From Callorhinchus milii (taxonomy: Eukaryota): DNA of 64,000 nucleotides. Below are positions 12,470 to 24,534 of the stretch, piece by piece. A program made the translations under genes and the position numbers. Where the stretch lies: the NCBI RefSeq assembly GCF_018977255.1, contig NW_024704766.1, forward strand, positions 3,100,001 to 3,164,000, in the 5' to 3' direction. The notes under the pieces were generated by a model, which was not told the DNA's origin, searched no databases, and was given only the letters and a program-made list of their open reading frames with translations. Position 1 is the stretch's first letter, and each line of letters begins with the position of its first letter.

Positions 12470-12765
12470 TTTTGGAAGTGCCGTCTTTCAGATGAGACGT
12501 TAAACCGAGATCCCGTCTGCCTGTTTTGATGGACTTTAAAGATCCTATGGCATTAGTCGAAAAGAGAAGGAAGTTGCTCCAGTTGCCCGGGACAACAACC
12601 CTCCAGAAAAAATTGGTCCCTCACTCCACGACTGTTTGTGGGACAGTGCTGTAGGCAAACTGGATGCCACATTTCGCTCACAAAATACAGTCAATCCCCT
12701 TTACAGCATATCCTGTGAAGCCCTTTGAGACAAGATAAGGCTCTTTATCAAATGCGAGGATTAGG
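12470..12765 (+). mobile_element. Type B Deu-SINE, head missing
   Basis: gtgccgtctttcagatgagacgttaaaccgagatcccgtctgcctgtt...aaagatcctatggcatta is the Deu-domain core, followed by the tail. Confidence 0.85.
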
Positions 12766-12854
12766 TACTGTAATCATAGTTAAGCGAACAAGGATAAATT
12801 ATCCGAGCATTTGTTATTGTGCTTATAACATTAAAACACCTCAAAGAGAATTCC

Positions 12855-13125
12855 TGTCAAGAGTAGTGACTGTGGACCTCCAGGCAATGCTGCAGCCAGT
12901 TTGTGCACAGCATTGACCCCCAAACAGCCACCATGTGATTTATCTGTTGGATTCTTGGCCTGGACACAAGAAGAAATGCCTTCTGTATACAAATGGCGTC
13001 ATGGGATCTTTAATGTCAGCCTGAACAGACAGGCTTAACAGATTTTCGACTTAGCATCTCAGCCAAAAGACAGCATCCCTGACAATACAGCACCTTCCTC
13101 CCCACTGGTGAGCCACCCTGGACTA
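12855..13125 (-). mobile_element. Degenerate type B Deu-SINE
   Basis: gcagccagtttgtgcacagcattgacccccaaacagcc...catgggatctttaatgtcagcctgaacagacagg is the reverse complement of the Deu body. Confidence 0.7.
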
Positions 13126-13290
13126 TGAAATGGTGGTGCTCTTATGCGTTATCAATGAGCCCAGATAATGTCATGGAGCTTGAATGAGGTAATAATTAAT
13201 TCAGGAATTGACCATGGAGTTATTTGTCTGGGGTTAATAAGACTTAACTTAACCAGCTGACAGCCAAGAAGTTTTGATCGTTTACTCCAC

Positions 13291-13627
13291 TAAATAATAA
13301 TAATAATAATAATATCAAATTGCATTTGATATAACACCTTATCACATCTATGAGACGTCACAATGTGCTTCACAGAATATACTGTAAAGTGAACCGACCG
13401 GATAGTTCGTGGGTGAAACGCAGCAGTCAGTTAATTGCACACAGCAGCGTCCCACAAACAGCGGTGGATTGAAGTGACCAAATTATTTTGATCGATCGGC
13501 TAACTAGCGGTTCCTACTAGCGCGTGGAGTAAGGAAACTTGCCCAACGTTTCGACCTGCCCGGGGAATCAAACCCAGGTCCTCTCGCTCGCGAGGCGAGT
13601 GCCCTAAACCATTAAACTACAGGACCT
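13291..13627 (-). mobile_element. Near full-length type A SINE (tRNA head + CORE-like + Deu 3' + L2-like tail)
   Basis: The minus strand reads gtcctgtagtttaatggtttagggcactcgcctcgcgagcgagaggacctgggtttgattcccc...gttgggcaagtttccttactccacgcg... through to an (att)n tail. Confidence 0.9.
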
Positions 13628-14082
13628 CACTGGGTCACTGACCGAAAAAGTAGGCATCAATTTGCGCGATGAGATGAGGCTGGAAATTGACGCCAGCTTT
13701 CACGCTATGTTTGGAGCGACTCTAAATACTTTGACACACAAACACACGTATCAGTCAATGTCAGACAGTAAAATCAATACCAATAATTTCTCTGCTGCAA
13801 CAACCAAAATCAGTCAGGTCACATTTATCACCAAAGCACCAGTGTGCTGCCTCCTTGCTTCCTATTCATTGATCGCATCCTTGTGTTATAGAAATCAGAG
13901 TTAACAAGAACAAAAAATAAAACTAGACCGCAAAGCGTTCAGCTTCTGTAATTATTTTTCAGGTTAGTATAGTGTACGGTTGTGTTCGGAAACGGACCTG
14001 TTATTTTGCCCCAAAGCAAAGACTTTTTAACGATTTAACATTCCAACAATAACAACAACAGCGTGCGTGAATATATTATACA

Positions 14083-14176
14083 GGAGTCCTGTAGCTCAGT
14101 GGTTACAGCACTCGCCTCGCGAGCGAGAGACCTGGGTTCGATTCCCGTCAGGGCGAAAAGTTGGGCGAGTTTCCTC
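14083..14176 (+). mobile_element. Type A SINE tRNA-like head (3'-truncated)
   Basis: gtcctgtagctcagtggttacagcactcgcctcgcgagcgagagacctgggttcgattcccg has Pol III A and B boxes and runs into ttgggcgagtttcct, the start of the CORE-like block. Confidence 0.85.
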
Positions 14177-14177
14177 G

Positions 14178-14330
14178 TCAACAGCAAGTTGCATTTGTGT
14201 CGCCCCCTTCACGTAGGGTAGCGGCTTAGAGCGCTTAGCAGTGGCGGAGCCTGACGCTGAGCCGGGGAGGGGGAGAGGGAAGAGATTACCGCTACCACAC
14301 AGTCGAAAAGGAAGGTTTTCAGGCGTAAAA
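14178..14330 (-). mobile_element. L2-type 3' end, second subfamily
   Basis: caacagcaagttgcatttg...gagcgcttagcagtggcggagc...gtcgaaaaggaaggttttcagg aligns by eye with the 3873-4060 and 23105-23400 copies. Confidence 0.65.
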
Positions 14331-15197
14331 AAAGTCAGTGACAGGGGAGCTCCGAATTCATTTCAAGATTGCAATTATCTGAATAAAAAAACAAAATAAG
14401 CAAAGCAAATAAATATTCTTTCAAGGGTTATTAATAAGCATCTAAAGAAGCTTAAGGTTCAGTTAACATCTAGAAAAACAACCTCCAGCACAGATGAATG
14501 ATTATCTGATTCAAGCATAATATTAATTCAAATTTTTCCTGGCACTTTTGTTCATCTTCTCCGCACCCCACCCCCTCCTCTTCAAGCTCGGGCTCCCAAT
14601 CAGTTGTGTGAAGCACCTTGAGATGTCCTCCCAATGTGAAAGGCATTCTGTAAATGCAAATTGTTGTGCAAATTCCATACTGCTCGTGTTTCCTCTTATG
14701 CTCGGAGTGCCTTCTCTCCAATTCTTACAACCTGCAGGATGTGAAATCCCATGCATAGTGCCACCTCTGCTTTATCTCATCTTCTATCTAATTTGTTTTA
14801 TCCTTGATGCTATCCCCGTACCATGAACTTTGGACAATTACCTTGGTTTCTCGGGGAAAAAAATGCATCTTCTGATAAGAAGCATTATTGAATCTACTAA
14901 TCTAACCCAACAGCAACAATTAAGATTTCTACAGCACTTTTCACATGGGGAAGATGTCTCAAGGTGCATCACCCCTTGAGATTGTGTGTGAGCCTAATCT
15001 GGTGTGTGTGCGCACTATAATTCATCAATAAATATACGGTCAGATATTCCACCTTTGTCTAGATTTTCTTAGATAACCTTGCACCCAGTAAGTGCAGGAG
15101 TAATGCAGGATAGGGAAGTGGCGTTACGAGTTGGGAGGTTGTTTGTTCCTAAAATATGACACCAATGCAAAGAAATCTAAGCGGCTGCGATAGGAAA

Positions 15198-15478
15198 CTC
15201 ACAAACAGCCATGAAATGAATGACCAATGTTATTTGGGGGACTGTTGGCCAGATCACCGGGAGAGAGGAACTCTCTTCTCTTTTCAAATAGTGCAATGGT
15301 ATCTTTAACGTCCACCTGAATAGGGAGGTAGGACTTCAGTTTAATAACCCATCCAACAATGCAGCACACGCCAGCTCTGTACAGGATTGTCACCCTCAAG
15401 CTCAAAGTGTGGTCATGAGCTTGAACCCACAACTTCTGATTGAGAGGCAAGAGCTCTACCAACTAAGCCAGACTGACG
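15198..15478 (-). mobile_element. Type B Deu-SINE (head + body)
   Basis: gcttgaacccacaacttctgattgagaggcaagagctctaccaactaagccagactgac is the reverse complement of the head; Deu body adjacent. Confidence 0.85.
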
Positions 15479-16081
15479 CGTGCGTAAACTCCATCTAAAG
15501 TCACCTCAACGATGGTGATTTGAGGAAGGCTCTTGCCTACGTAAACACTATGCTCCACTTGCCTTTTCTAAGCCATGTTGATGAGTCAGTGAGAAAGAAC
15601 ACGGTGTAAACATTTACAGAGTAAAGTCAGCGGGTGGTACAACCTACAGTGTAAATCTAGTCTTATTACAGAGTAAACAACACAAAATATGTGGATCTGA
15701 TGCCATTGGATGTGTGAACAGATAAACGCTCGAGTACACGAGTTCTGCGCTGGCAAGACATATCTTAACTTCAGAGCTCTGACAGAAACATTTGGTATTG
15801 CCTGCTGCACTGCTGCGTTAAAACAAAGAAAACGTTTTTTTTTTTCTCTCCGCACCTGATCCTTGAATACGTTTCATTTTGTTAAGCCTTCAAACCTGCG
15901 TTGGGTTCAACTGAGTTTTCCAGAAAATCGATCAGTTGTATTGCAATGTTTCCTCATAAGGCGTCTTCCTTCATTTCTGGAGTATCAATTGACCCTCAGT
16001 GATCAGGTTTCCCAACAACAGCTCTCGCAAATGAAACACTTTGGACTTCTTAACTGCAAAGCAAATATCCAGTGGTTTCCA

Positions 16082-16215
16082 GAAACACAGAAACTTGAGG
16101 AGGCCATTCAGCCCCTCGAGCCTGTTCCGCCATTTTATAAGATCATGGCTGATCTGTACCTCAAATCCAATTACCCAACCCTTGCCCCATATCCCTTAAT
16201 ACCCTGACCTAACAG
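16082..16215 (-). mobile_element. CR1-clade LINE 3' end
   Basis: gaggccattcagcccctcgagcctgttccgccatt..ataagatcatggctgatctgtacctcaa...ccccatatcccttaatacc is the reverse complement of the typical shark/vertebrate CR1 3' UTR (gggctgaatggcct). Confidence 0.85.
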
Positions 16216-17214
16216 ATCATATAAATAATAGAATAAAGTGACATCTTGTTAGGTTTCGCTTCCAGTAGATGACAAAGTTCCGCCAATCTACAGAGAACAA
16301 AAAATTACAATAATGTGACAAGCTCAATTCCTCCACACGACAGCATTTGATTCGAAAAAGTCACGAATGAATCAACTTCACACACGAGAAAAAGGAGAAT
16401 TCTCTTTTATTTCCAAGTCCGACTATCGCGCTGCCATATTAGCAAAAAAAAATCCTTTCCTTGATGGATATTATCGCAGAATCTGTCGGCTGCAGTTTAT
16501 GCATCACTACGCCAGTTAATATTGGTGATTATGTGAGTTTTGTTGGTAGCAAGTCAGGCAAAAAAAAAAATCGTTATCATCTGATTTTTTTCCCCTAAGA
16601 CAGCTCGCAGCAAACTCAGCAATTTCCTCGTTGATTCACTCAGCTTTGTTCTGTAAAGTCAAGGCTGGTTTCTTTGGCATTTTTGGTTAGTTACCATTAT
16701 AATGAAGACCTATTTGCCGGAAGGTACAGTATTTTATGTCATTAACTTCTCAGTGGATTTTTCCATATTATTTAAAGTCACGAACCGCAGAGAGAAAAAC
16801 GTTTCAATAGCGTTTTAACAGTTATAAATTAGGAACGGTGCAAGTTTTGCAAGCTGCGCTCGCTCGTGAGAATTTGTTAGTGTGTGTGCAATTTGTTTTC
16901 ATGGAAACTAATTCCCTATTATTGCACAAGGATGACAAAGGTCAGTGCATTACTGAAAGACACTGATTCTCATTCACCATTCAGGGCGTCAGGGGGTACC
17001 TGGAGAATTTTATGGAAGCAGAGACATTTAGAGAAATGTAACTCATAAATTGCTACAACATCTTTTGCTAACTAAGAACAGACATCCATCTTAGTGGGTA
17101 GGATCCTGCCAAGTGTCAAGTGCTCCAAGACCCTACCCTGCCTGAAGAGCGCTATATAAATGTGAGTTGTTGTTGTTGGGTGGTGGATCCGAGTGCTATT
17201 CGAGGTTTGCGGAG

Positions 17215-17445
17215 TAAGTTTAGGAGAGACTTCATGGCACAGAGGGTGGTGAGGGTGTGGAACTCGCTGCCAGAAGCTGTGCCTTAAGTAAAATGCACAA
17301 AGAGAAAACTTGAAGCATACAAAGGGGGAAGGGAAGAAAGGGGTAGAGGAGTGGGGAATAGGAGGGGTGGAAGCTCAAGTGAAGTATAAGCACATTAGGG
17401 TTAACTTTCCGCGCTGTATCATTCCATGTAATTCTGTGTAATTGT
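17215..17445 (+). mobile_element. CR1-clade LINE 3' fragment
   Basis: cagagggtggtgagggtgtggaactcgctgcca (QRVVRVWNSLP, CR1 ORF2 C-terminus) and an attc(t/c)atgta-type tail repeat. Confidence 0.75.
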
Positions 17446-17569
17446 GGAACATCTCCCCTCACAGTAATACTTAGCCCTAAGTTTAGCCTTCAGTAGAATG
17501 TGAAACATTTTAATATAGTCCAGCAGCCCTGAACCTTATAATGCAGATAGTTAACGACAACAGGGGTAG

Positions 17570-17985
17570 CGTATCCTTCGGCTGAGACATTAAACCAAGC
17601 TCTCATCTACCAGCACAGGTGGGCATTAAAATCCTATGATGTTCTCTAAGAAGTGTCCTGCCCGAAAATCCCCCCAGACAAATGGTCCTTTAACTTCATG
17701 GCTGTTTGGGAGACACTGATGTGCGCAAATATAATAATATTCCTTACCTTTGATATGTAAGCCTCTCACATCAGGAGGACATCTGGAAGCGCTTCACAGG
17801 TTATATTGCATTGTACTGTCAATCTAGGTGACAACCTTGATGATAATGATAGTGGGTGCTGTGTGTCAGCCTGGCTCAGTTGGTAGCATTTCGTCTCTGA
17901 GTCCGAATGTTATGGCTGGCACTTTGACCCACGTTGGGACTTTGACTTCGCATTGCCTAGGCTGACACTCCAATGCAATAACAGG
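17570..17985. mobile_element. Cluster of SINE fragments in both orientations
   Basis: Deu body + (17570-17730), tail - (17730-17815), and type B head + (tgtcagcctggctcagttggtagca, about 17863). Confidence 0.7.
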
Positions 17986-18534
17986 GACACTTTGATTGAT
18001 ACGGTCAGTCAAGCTTCCGTTAGGTGTGTGTGTGTTTGTCAGTCCTCAGTTAGGCTACTAAATGTAGTATCACATGGCAATGTGGCATTCCATCTCCAGC
18101 TGAGGAAGGATAGATGCAATCTGCCCTGTTTAAATCGTGCCTTTTACCAGCTTATTACAAATCCTGACTGACAGCAGTCAGTGGATGGAGAAGTGGAAGT
18201 AAGAGTATCCCAATTGGGAAATAATGCCAGTACACATACTTTCCGCACATCACTTTTCACATTACTGCGAGCCTTCGCTCACGGGAGATCAGAATTGGCA
18301 CTTACAGGCTGCGGGGAAGATAGAGGGTTAACAACTTTTTCAACTCATAGCATGGTCCAGTAATTCCTATAATGCCATGTCCCATAACCCGAAACCCTGC
18401 GCACAACAGATGTACGCTGTTAATGCACTCAGGCTTCTTTGTCCTTTGATAGGTGTTAAAATTGCGAGGCAATAATTGCCTCTCACAAGATTAGAAGATT
18501 GGTTTGTATTGAAGAGGCCCTTTGGCCCATTTGA

Positions 18535-18758
18535 GGTGTCAGCCTGGCACAGCTGGTAGCACCTCTCATCTCTGAATCAGAAGGTTGTGGGTTCAAACCA
18601 GACATTGAGATTTTGAGCTTTCAGTCCAGATGGACACTCCAATGCAGTCCTGTGGAATAATAATAATAATAATAATCTTTGTGCTTGATATAGCGCCTTA
18701 TCACATCTTCGAGACGTCTCAAAGCGCAGAGCTATATCAATTGCAAGGGTTATTCTTA
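18535..18758. mobile_element. Type B head (+) joined to an inverted SINE tail
   Basis: gtgtcagcctggcacagctggtagcacc...gaatcagaaggttgtgggttcaaacc, then (aat)n and a reverse-complement tail, then a forward tail end. Confidence 0.75.
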
Positions 18759-19045
18759 TAAATGCTTCCCCATGTTAAGGAACAAAGCTAGGATGTCTCA
18801 ATTGGATCAATTTATGTGTTGCTATGCCCATGATTGCTGCTATTGAACAGAGCGGTTAAATTGGTTCATTCTCTTTGTAGCTTCATTACCGAGCTACAAA
18901 ATGTCCTGACAAGTCAGACACTTTCCTTCTTAACAGATATTGACACGGTGTTCGAGCAATCCTCTTCCACTTGAAAAAACTCAAGTATCTGAATCTTCAG
19001 AAGCCGTCATCCACCCAATATCATCTGAACCTCAAGGCAAAATCT

Positions 19046-19335
19046 TAAGCAACTTTCCTTTCTCCACACGTCTCTGTTTACCTAGCAGTACATAGGAACC
19101 CGGTTGTTAGTCGATTGGCTGATCACTTTCCGGGGGCAATAATCATTGCAATAAAATAATAATAATTTAGTCACTCAATCCACGACTGTTTGTGGGACAC
19201 TGCTGTGTGCAATTGGCTGCTGTGTTTCACCCACAAAATACACATTCACTCCATTTTACAGATATCCTGTGAAGCGATTTGAGACATCTCGACGACGTGA
19301 TAAGGCGCTATATCAAACGCTAGGACCATACTAGT
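19046..19335 (+). mobile_element. Type A SINE lacking the tRNA head
   Basis: gcaactttcctttctccacacgtctctgtttacctagcagtacataggaacccggttgttagtcgattgg (CORE-like), then Deu 3' part and tail. Confidence 0.88.
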
Positions 19336-20224
19336 ATTAGTAGTAACTTCGGAAAGTTACTCCTTCAGATTGAGAAGGACTTCAATGTTTGGAGAATATC
19401 TGAAAGTATGAATCCAATTTAAAATCAATCCCATTCCCAGGGATCAACTCATTGCCTGTGATATCTCCAGCAGATTCATTTGAAAATGTCACCTTGATTA
19501 AATGTTTCTATTTATAATTTGATGGGATAATAAGACTTTGGATGAGAAAAGGTGAATTGTGACAATAAGAGACGACATCATTGGATCTGCAGGATGCTGA
19601 CAGGTACAGTTTAGCCCTCAATAACTAGCTTGGTGGGGGGTTATGAGAGGTTTATTGGAACCAGACAAGGTTTAGGCTGCTGCTTCATTGGGGATTTTTT
19701 TGCAAATGTGGATAATCAATCCTTTCTAGAGAATGGAAAGATGTGGAAATTGCAGCCATCATCTTGTGTCCGTCACCTATGAAAAAGAGCTCAGATTGGT
19801 TTATAAATATTTGAACTGTTTTCAGAATGCCAGGTTCCAATTTACAGAAGCTCTTGTTCATCTGTCACAGCACACTGGAATAATGGATGTATATATACAG
19901 TGTATAGAGAGAGAAAGCAGTAAAGTCATGCTACATGTAACTGATCTTAATAGTTTCTCTGAACAAAGGGGCTAAATGACACAACCAGAAACCACCTTTT
20001 GTACCGTGAGCAAAGGACTAAGTCATATCTCTCTGTTTAGTCTAAAATAGCTAGCGAGTTGGTGTTGCATCAAAGAAGAAAGGTCTTGACCACTCTGTTC
20101 AGATCCCAATCTTAGCTGTGTGTGTAGGAAGGAGAGACCTGGTGTCCTAGTTGCTCGGGCGTAGCAGAAGGGAGGGAATATCAACAACAACAATATGCAT
20201 TTTTATAGCGCCATTCACAAGGGT

Positions 20225-20422
20225 TAGTGTCCACTTAAACAGGCAGACAGGACATTGGTCTAACGTCTCATTCAAAGGACTGCACCTCCAACTCCAACCA
20301 ACACTCCCCCAACACTGTACTGAAGTGTCAGCCTAGACTATACCAGTTCAAAGTCCTGACTTGGGGCTTGAATCCAGAATCTTCTGACTTGGAGACTAGA
20401 CTGAACTGAGGCAGGCTGACAA
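20225..20422 (-). mobile_element. Type B Deu-SINE 5' half
   Basis: gtgtcagcctagacta...ggggcttgaatccagaatcttctgacttggag...actgaggcaggctgaca is the reverse complement of the head. Confidence 0.8.
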
Positions 20423-21009
20423 CTGTTTTAGCTTTGTCCTAAATGCAAAATGTCACCACATTAGTAAGCCCCAAAGAGAGATTATTACATTCCTGACCAG
20501 ACTCTGGTAACAGCGACTGGCACACTGGGAGAAATTAAATCATGTTCATTTATCAGCAAATTCCCATGAAGTAAAACTTCATTGCAGTGATTCTCATAAA
20601 CTGAATCGATTTGTATCCTTTAAAATGCTCCCTCCGAAGCAATGATCTGGCTATATTCGTATTAAATGCTGCCAACTGAAGCAGATTACTATAAATTTTC
20701 AAAGGTTCTCAGATTTTGCTAAAGGAACGCTGTTGATTATTTTAATTGATGTTTTCTGAAGTTTTTTTTATCATCTTTACATCAGCAGGGGATAGAAGAA
20801 CAATCTCTCTAACATTGATAAACAAACTAATTTATGGTGTTAGTATTGATTCATCCGAGCTCAGGTGAAGATGATTGCACCAGGATCTTCCTGTTTCGTC
20901 TGCGTGCAATGAAACCGACTTGAATCTGCAGAGAAGGGATCCCCTTACATACAAAAGCAATAATATCCATTTACACCTTTAGCATCTTTTCCATAGGGAA
21001 ATGTCTCAA

Positions 21010-21190
21010 TAATGTAATAATAATGCTTGTATTTGATATAAAGCCTTAACACATCTTCGAGACGTCTCAAAGCGCTTCACAGAATATACTTTACAGTGAA
21101 TTGACTGTATATTTTGTAGGCGAAAGGCAACAGCCAATTGTGCACAGCAGCGTCCCCACAAACAGTCATCGATTGAGTGACCAAATTATT
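21010..21190 (-). mobile_element. 5'-truncated type A SINE
   Basis: Close match to the reverse complement of tail plus Deu 3' part. Confidence 0.88.
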
Positions 21191-22024
21191 ACTCTTCTTT
21201 TTCAGAGGAATTATTACCTCCGGAAAAGCAAGGTGGGTTAGCAGGAGGGGTGAGAGGAAAGCCTGGTCAAAGAGGTAGCTGTTCAAATGGGGTTAGACAG
21301 ACATTCCGCTCATTCGGGATTTGCATCAGCACAATGTCAAAGGGTCAGTGTTTAATGGTTGCCATATGTCTATGTCTACTTTTGTTAAAACAAGAATTCT
21401 TGATAGGTATCCAACTCCGCCACTGCACGGTTCTCCGAGATCTTATCCCACGTGAAAGGGACAATATAAGTTGTTGTTGGTGTAATCCACCAAGCACCCC
21501 TCTCCCTCCAGGAAGAGAGATCACTCTGAGGTTAGGGACAGTTCAACAACTTGCACTTGTACATCTCTAACACGTCTTACGTCTCGAAGCACTTCACAGA
21601 GATGATGTGCGTCACTGACACGGTGGCAAGCAAGGGAAAGAGATAAGGCACCGTCAAAGAGATAAGATTCTTAAGAGGGTTTTGAATGAACTAGCTTTGA
21701 GGCACAGTCATGAAGCAAGATGTGAAGGAATGGGGTCAACACATATCCTAATTTTACCCTTCCATCATTTTCGGTAAGTGTAATCGAGTGTTTTGTTCAA
21801 ATATTGCAAAGAGAGACCACAAAACAGAAGGCCCAATAGCACATCTTATATCACAACCCGGACTCAATTGTCTCATTGCCACAATTTGCTCTGTCTAATT
21901 GTGTACAAAAAAATATAATGAACTTTTCCAGTAAGGGTACGTGAATGGAAACAGACAGCTCTGGGTCTTTGAATTCATCAGTTCTGGTATGGAAGCAATT
22001 GCACAACTCCAAACAACCAGGCGC

Positions 22025-22048
22025 TCTCTCTCTCTCTCTCTCTCTCTC
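22025..22048. repeat. (TC)n microsatellite
   Basis: Visible dinucleotide run. Confidence 0.9.
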
Positions 22049-22977
22049 CCCTTTGGGTATTTTTTTTTCACAGAGCAGAAGTCAAAAGATCAGTTCTAGC
22101 GCATTAAAATGTCGAGGAACCAAATCTATTCGATTTTGACAATGCAAGAAAAAAACACTCGGAATTGTTACGGATTTCATCTGATGCTGTGCCTTATCAA
22201 CGACGCCAGCAACATCTTGCATTTATAGTGCGTCCCTCACGCAGGTTAGCTTCCCAGAGCTCTTAATCATGACCACGACTGAAGACCGAGTAATTCGTGG
22301 GCAAAACGCAGCAGCCAATTAGACACAGGGGTATCCCACAAACAGTCCTGGATTGAGCAGAAAAGAGGCAAACATCAATAGCCCACTCCGAAAAAAGAAA
22401 TCCATGGCAACAGACGGCTCCTCTTAACTCAGCGTCCTTAACCAGGGACGCCCCAGGGGACAGAGTTACGAGAGTCTGACTAGCCGGGGCTAGATGTCCA
22501 ATGCGTAATTTATGTTTACTTGGGAGAATGAAATCCGGACAGTTTGTAAACATCACCTAAAACCCGAGATCAGATTACAACCTACAGCCTGTTCTTAGCA
22601 GCCAATATTGTGTGGACTACAGACCGAATGACATTTGGAATCCTCACTATTCACTGCCTTTTGGGGGAAATTCCACACTTTCTTCTTGTTCAACCATCTT
22701 GTTTGGTCAAGTCTTCAGTCACTGAACCCCTGATTCTGGAACTCACTGCCTCTGTCCCTCCGCCTTGTCCCCTCTCTGTCTGTCTCCACCATCGATGGCC
22801 GTGCTTTCAGCCACTGCACCCCGAAACTCTGGAGCTCTCTCCCTCAATCCCCCCGTCTTGTTCAGGTTCAACTGATGTCAAAACTGAGTGTCTTATAATC
22901 TCTTGCTGATCTGCTGTGTTTTACTAACACACACCGAGGGTTGGTCCAGACGTTCTGTATTGTCTCTTTTTTCTTAC

Positions 22978-23075
22978 TTGCATCACGAGCCATGGCAACC
23001 GCTCACGGGGCCAATTGCCCCGTGTAATTGATGACCTCCACGCTGATGTAATAGGAACGGTTGACGTAATCACTC
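22978..23075. promoter_or_regulatory. Candidate promoter/enhancer: RFX half-site, CCAAT within a palindrome, ATF/CEBP-like sites
   Basis: CCATGGCAAC at 22990-22999; CACGGGGC-caatt-GCCCCGTG at 23004-23024; TGATGTAAT at 23044-23052; TGACGTAA at 23062-23069; locally CpG-rich. Motifs only, no functional evidence. Confidence 0.35.
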
Positions 23076-23104
23076 CGCAATTACCCGGAGGTTACAGTCA
23101 CACC

Positions 23105-23400
23105 ACCAACACCGCCACCAACCGCTTGCATTGTGTAACTCCCCCTCACGCAGTGTAGCATCCCAGAGGGCTTGACAGTTGCTGAGCACGACACCGAGGT
23201 GGAGGGGGAGGTGACCATAGGCACGTTCGAAGAGGAAGGTCTTCAGGCGTGACCTGAAGATAGGGAAGGAAGGGACAAGACGGAGGGATAGAGGCAGAGT
23301 GTTCCAGAGCTTCGGGGCATAGTGGCTGAAAGTGCGGTACCCAATAGTGGAATGGAGGACACAAGGGACATGCAGAAGGCTGGTGCCAGTCGATCGGAGG
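23105..23400 (-). mobile_element. L2-type 3' end, second subfamily
   Basis: The minus strand has ctctggaacactctgcct...ttcaggtcacgcctgaagaccttcctcttcgaacgtgcc (LWNTLP...FRSRLKTFLFERA). Confidence 0.8.
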
Positions 23401-24446
23401 AGGGGGTAGTGTGTTCGAGAGTAAATTGATTTTACAGTATATCCTCTGAAGCGCTTTGAGACGCCTCAATGATGTGCTGAGGCACTACATCAAATGCAAT
23501 AATAATAATATTATCGCTTTCTAAAATGTTGAGAAAATAATAACCTCAGCCTAGAAACTGGCAGGATTCTGGCCCCAGGATTTCGGGGTCAGTGAAATGC
23601 ACAGAGCACTGGGTTACTCAGTGCTGCAGATTGAACTCATGAGATCACAAGATTAGTTGAGATAAAGAAAGTCCTTCATTTCATGTAATTCTGCATGTCC
23701 TAAAGTCGTCCCACCGCAAAGCTGTGGATCTGGACTTATTTGAGGAAATGTCCATCGGATTTAAGGAGCCAAAAGCAGACAGAAGGATTCCCATAGAAGG
23801 AAGCATTCTAAAAAAACAAATTGCCTATAAGTCTACAAACCTCCAAGAAAACCATTTTTAAAATATGCAAATTGTCTCCGTGAAGCAGTAAACAAGCGGG
23901 AAACTATCAGTAAATAGTAAAACTGGCAAGGTTGCTCCAATGTTTATTCACACTTGGAGCGCCAGCTGAAAGTAATGATGGTTTTCAAGCTGTTTGAGGC
24001 AATGCATCAGTCATGTCCTGCAAGGAATCCAACATCGTCTGTGGAAAGGGTTGTGTGGAGGTTAGTTTACAGGCAAACACTCGGTCCCTTGCACTACCAC
24101 AATGAGATGTCTGCAAGTAAACAGAGACGACGGCGTAATTAAAATACAGGAGGTTGTGATGAAATGCACACAGATTTTATCACACATATCTGTCGGACTG
24201 GGAGGTCAGGATGAATTATAGGTGTTTAAGTAGCCTGTGTTCATTCGGGGTCTGAAACCTACAAGAGATTTAACACGCACACATCTGCAGTGTGTCCTCG
24301 CACCATCTGGGTTGTTGTATATCGAGTGCAAGTTGTCTTTTCTCTGCTCAACAGGAGCACCCGGAATGCACGTCTCCACTCAAGCACTGCCTTATATCAT
24401 TGCTCGAAAGGTTCCATCATCACAACCCCGTCAACCCCTTACTTAC

Positions 24447-24534
24447 CTTCTGCTGTGTGTCCGTGAGATTTTGGGGGCAGGCGGATTTACTGGTGAATTT
24501 GATAGCAGAATGACACTGGACCGGAACGAGTGCG
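24447..24534 (-). other. Candidate spliced exon (coding status unknown)
   Basis: Acceptor ccttcactctttag| and perfect donor AAG|gtaagt; 88 nt; two open frames; no recognisable peptide. Confidence 0.3.

Noticed and set aside
14083-14157. tRNA-Ala/Val gene calls (also at 27516, 51568, 57706)
   Set aside because: Each continues into a SINE body without a T-run terminator, the copies carry scattered mutations, and the acceptor stem is imperfect and lacks the G3:U70 Ala identity pair.
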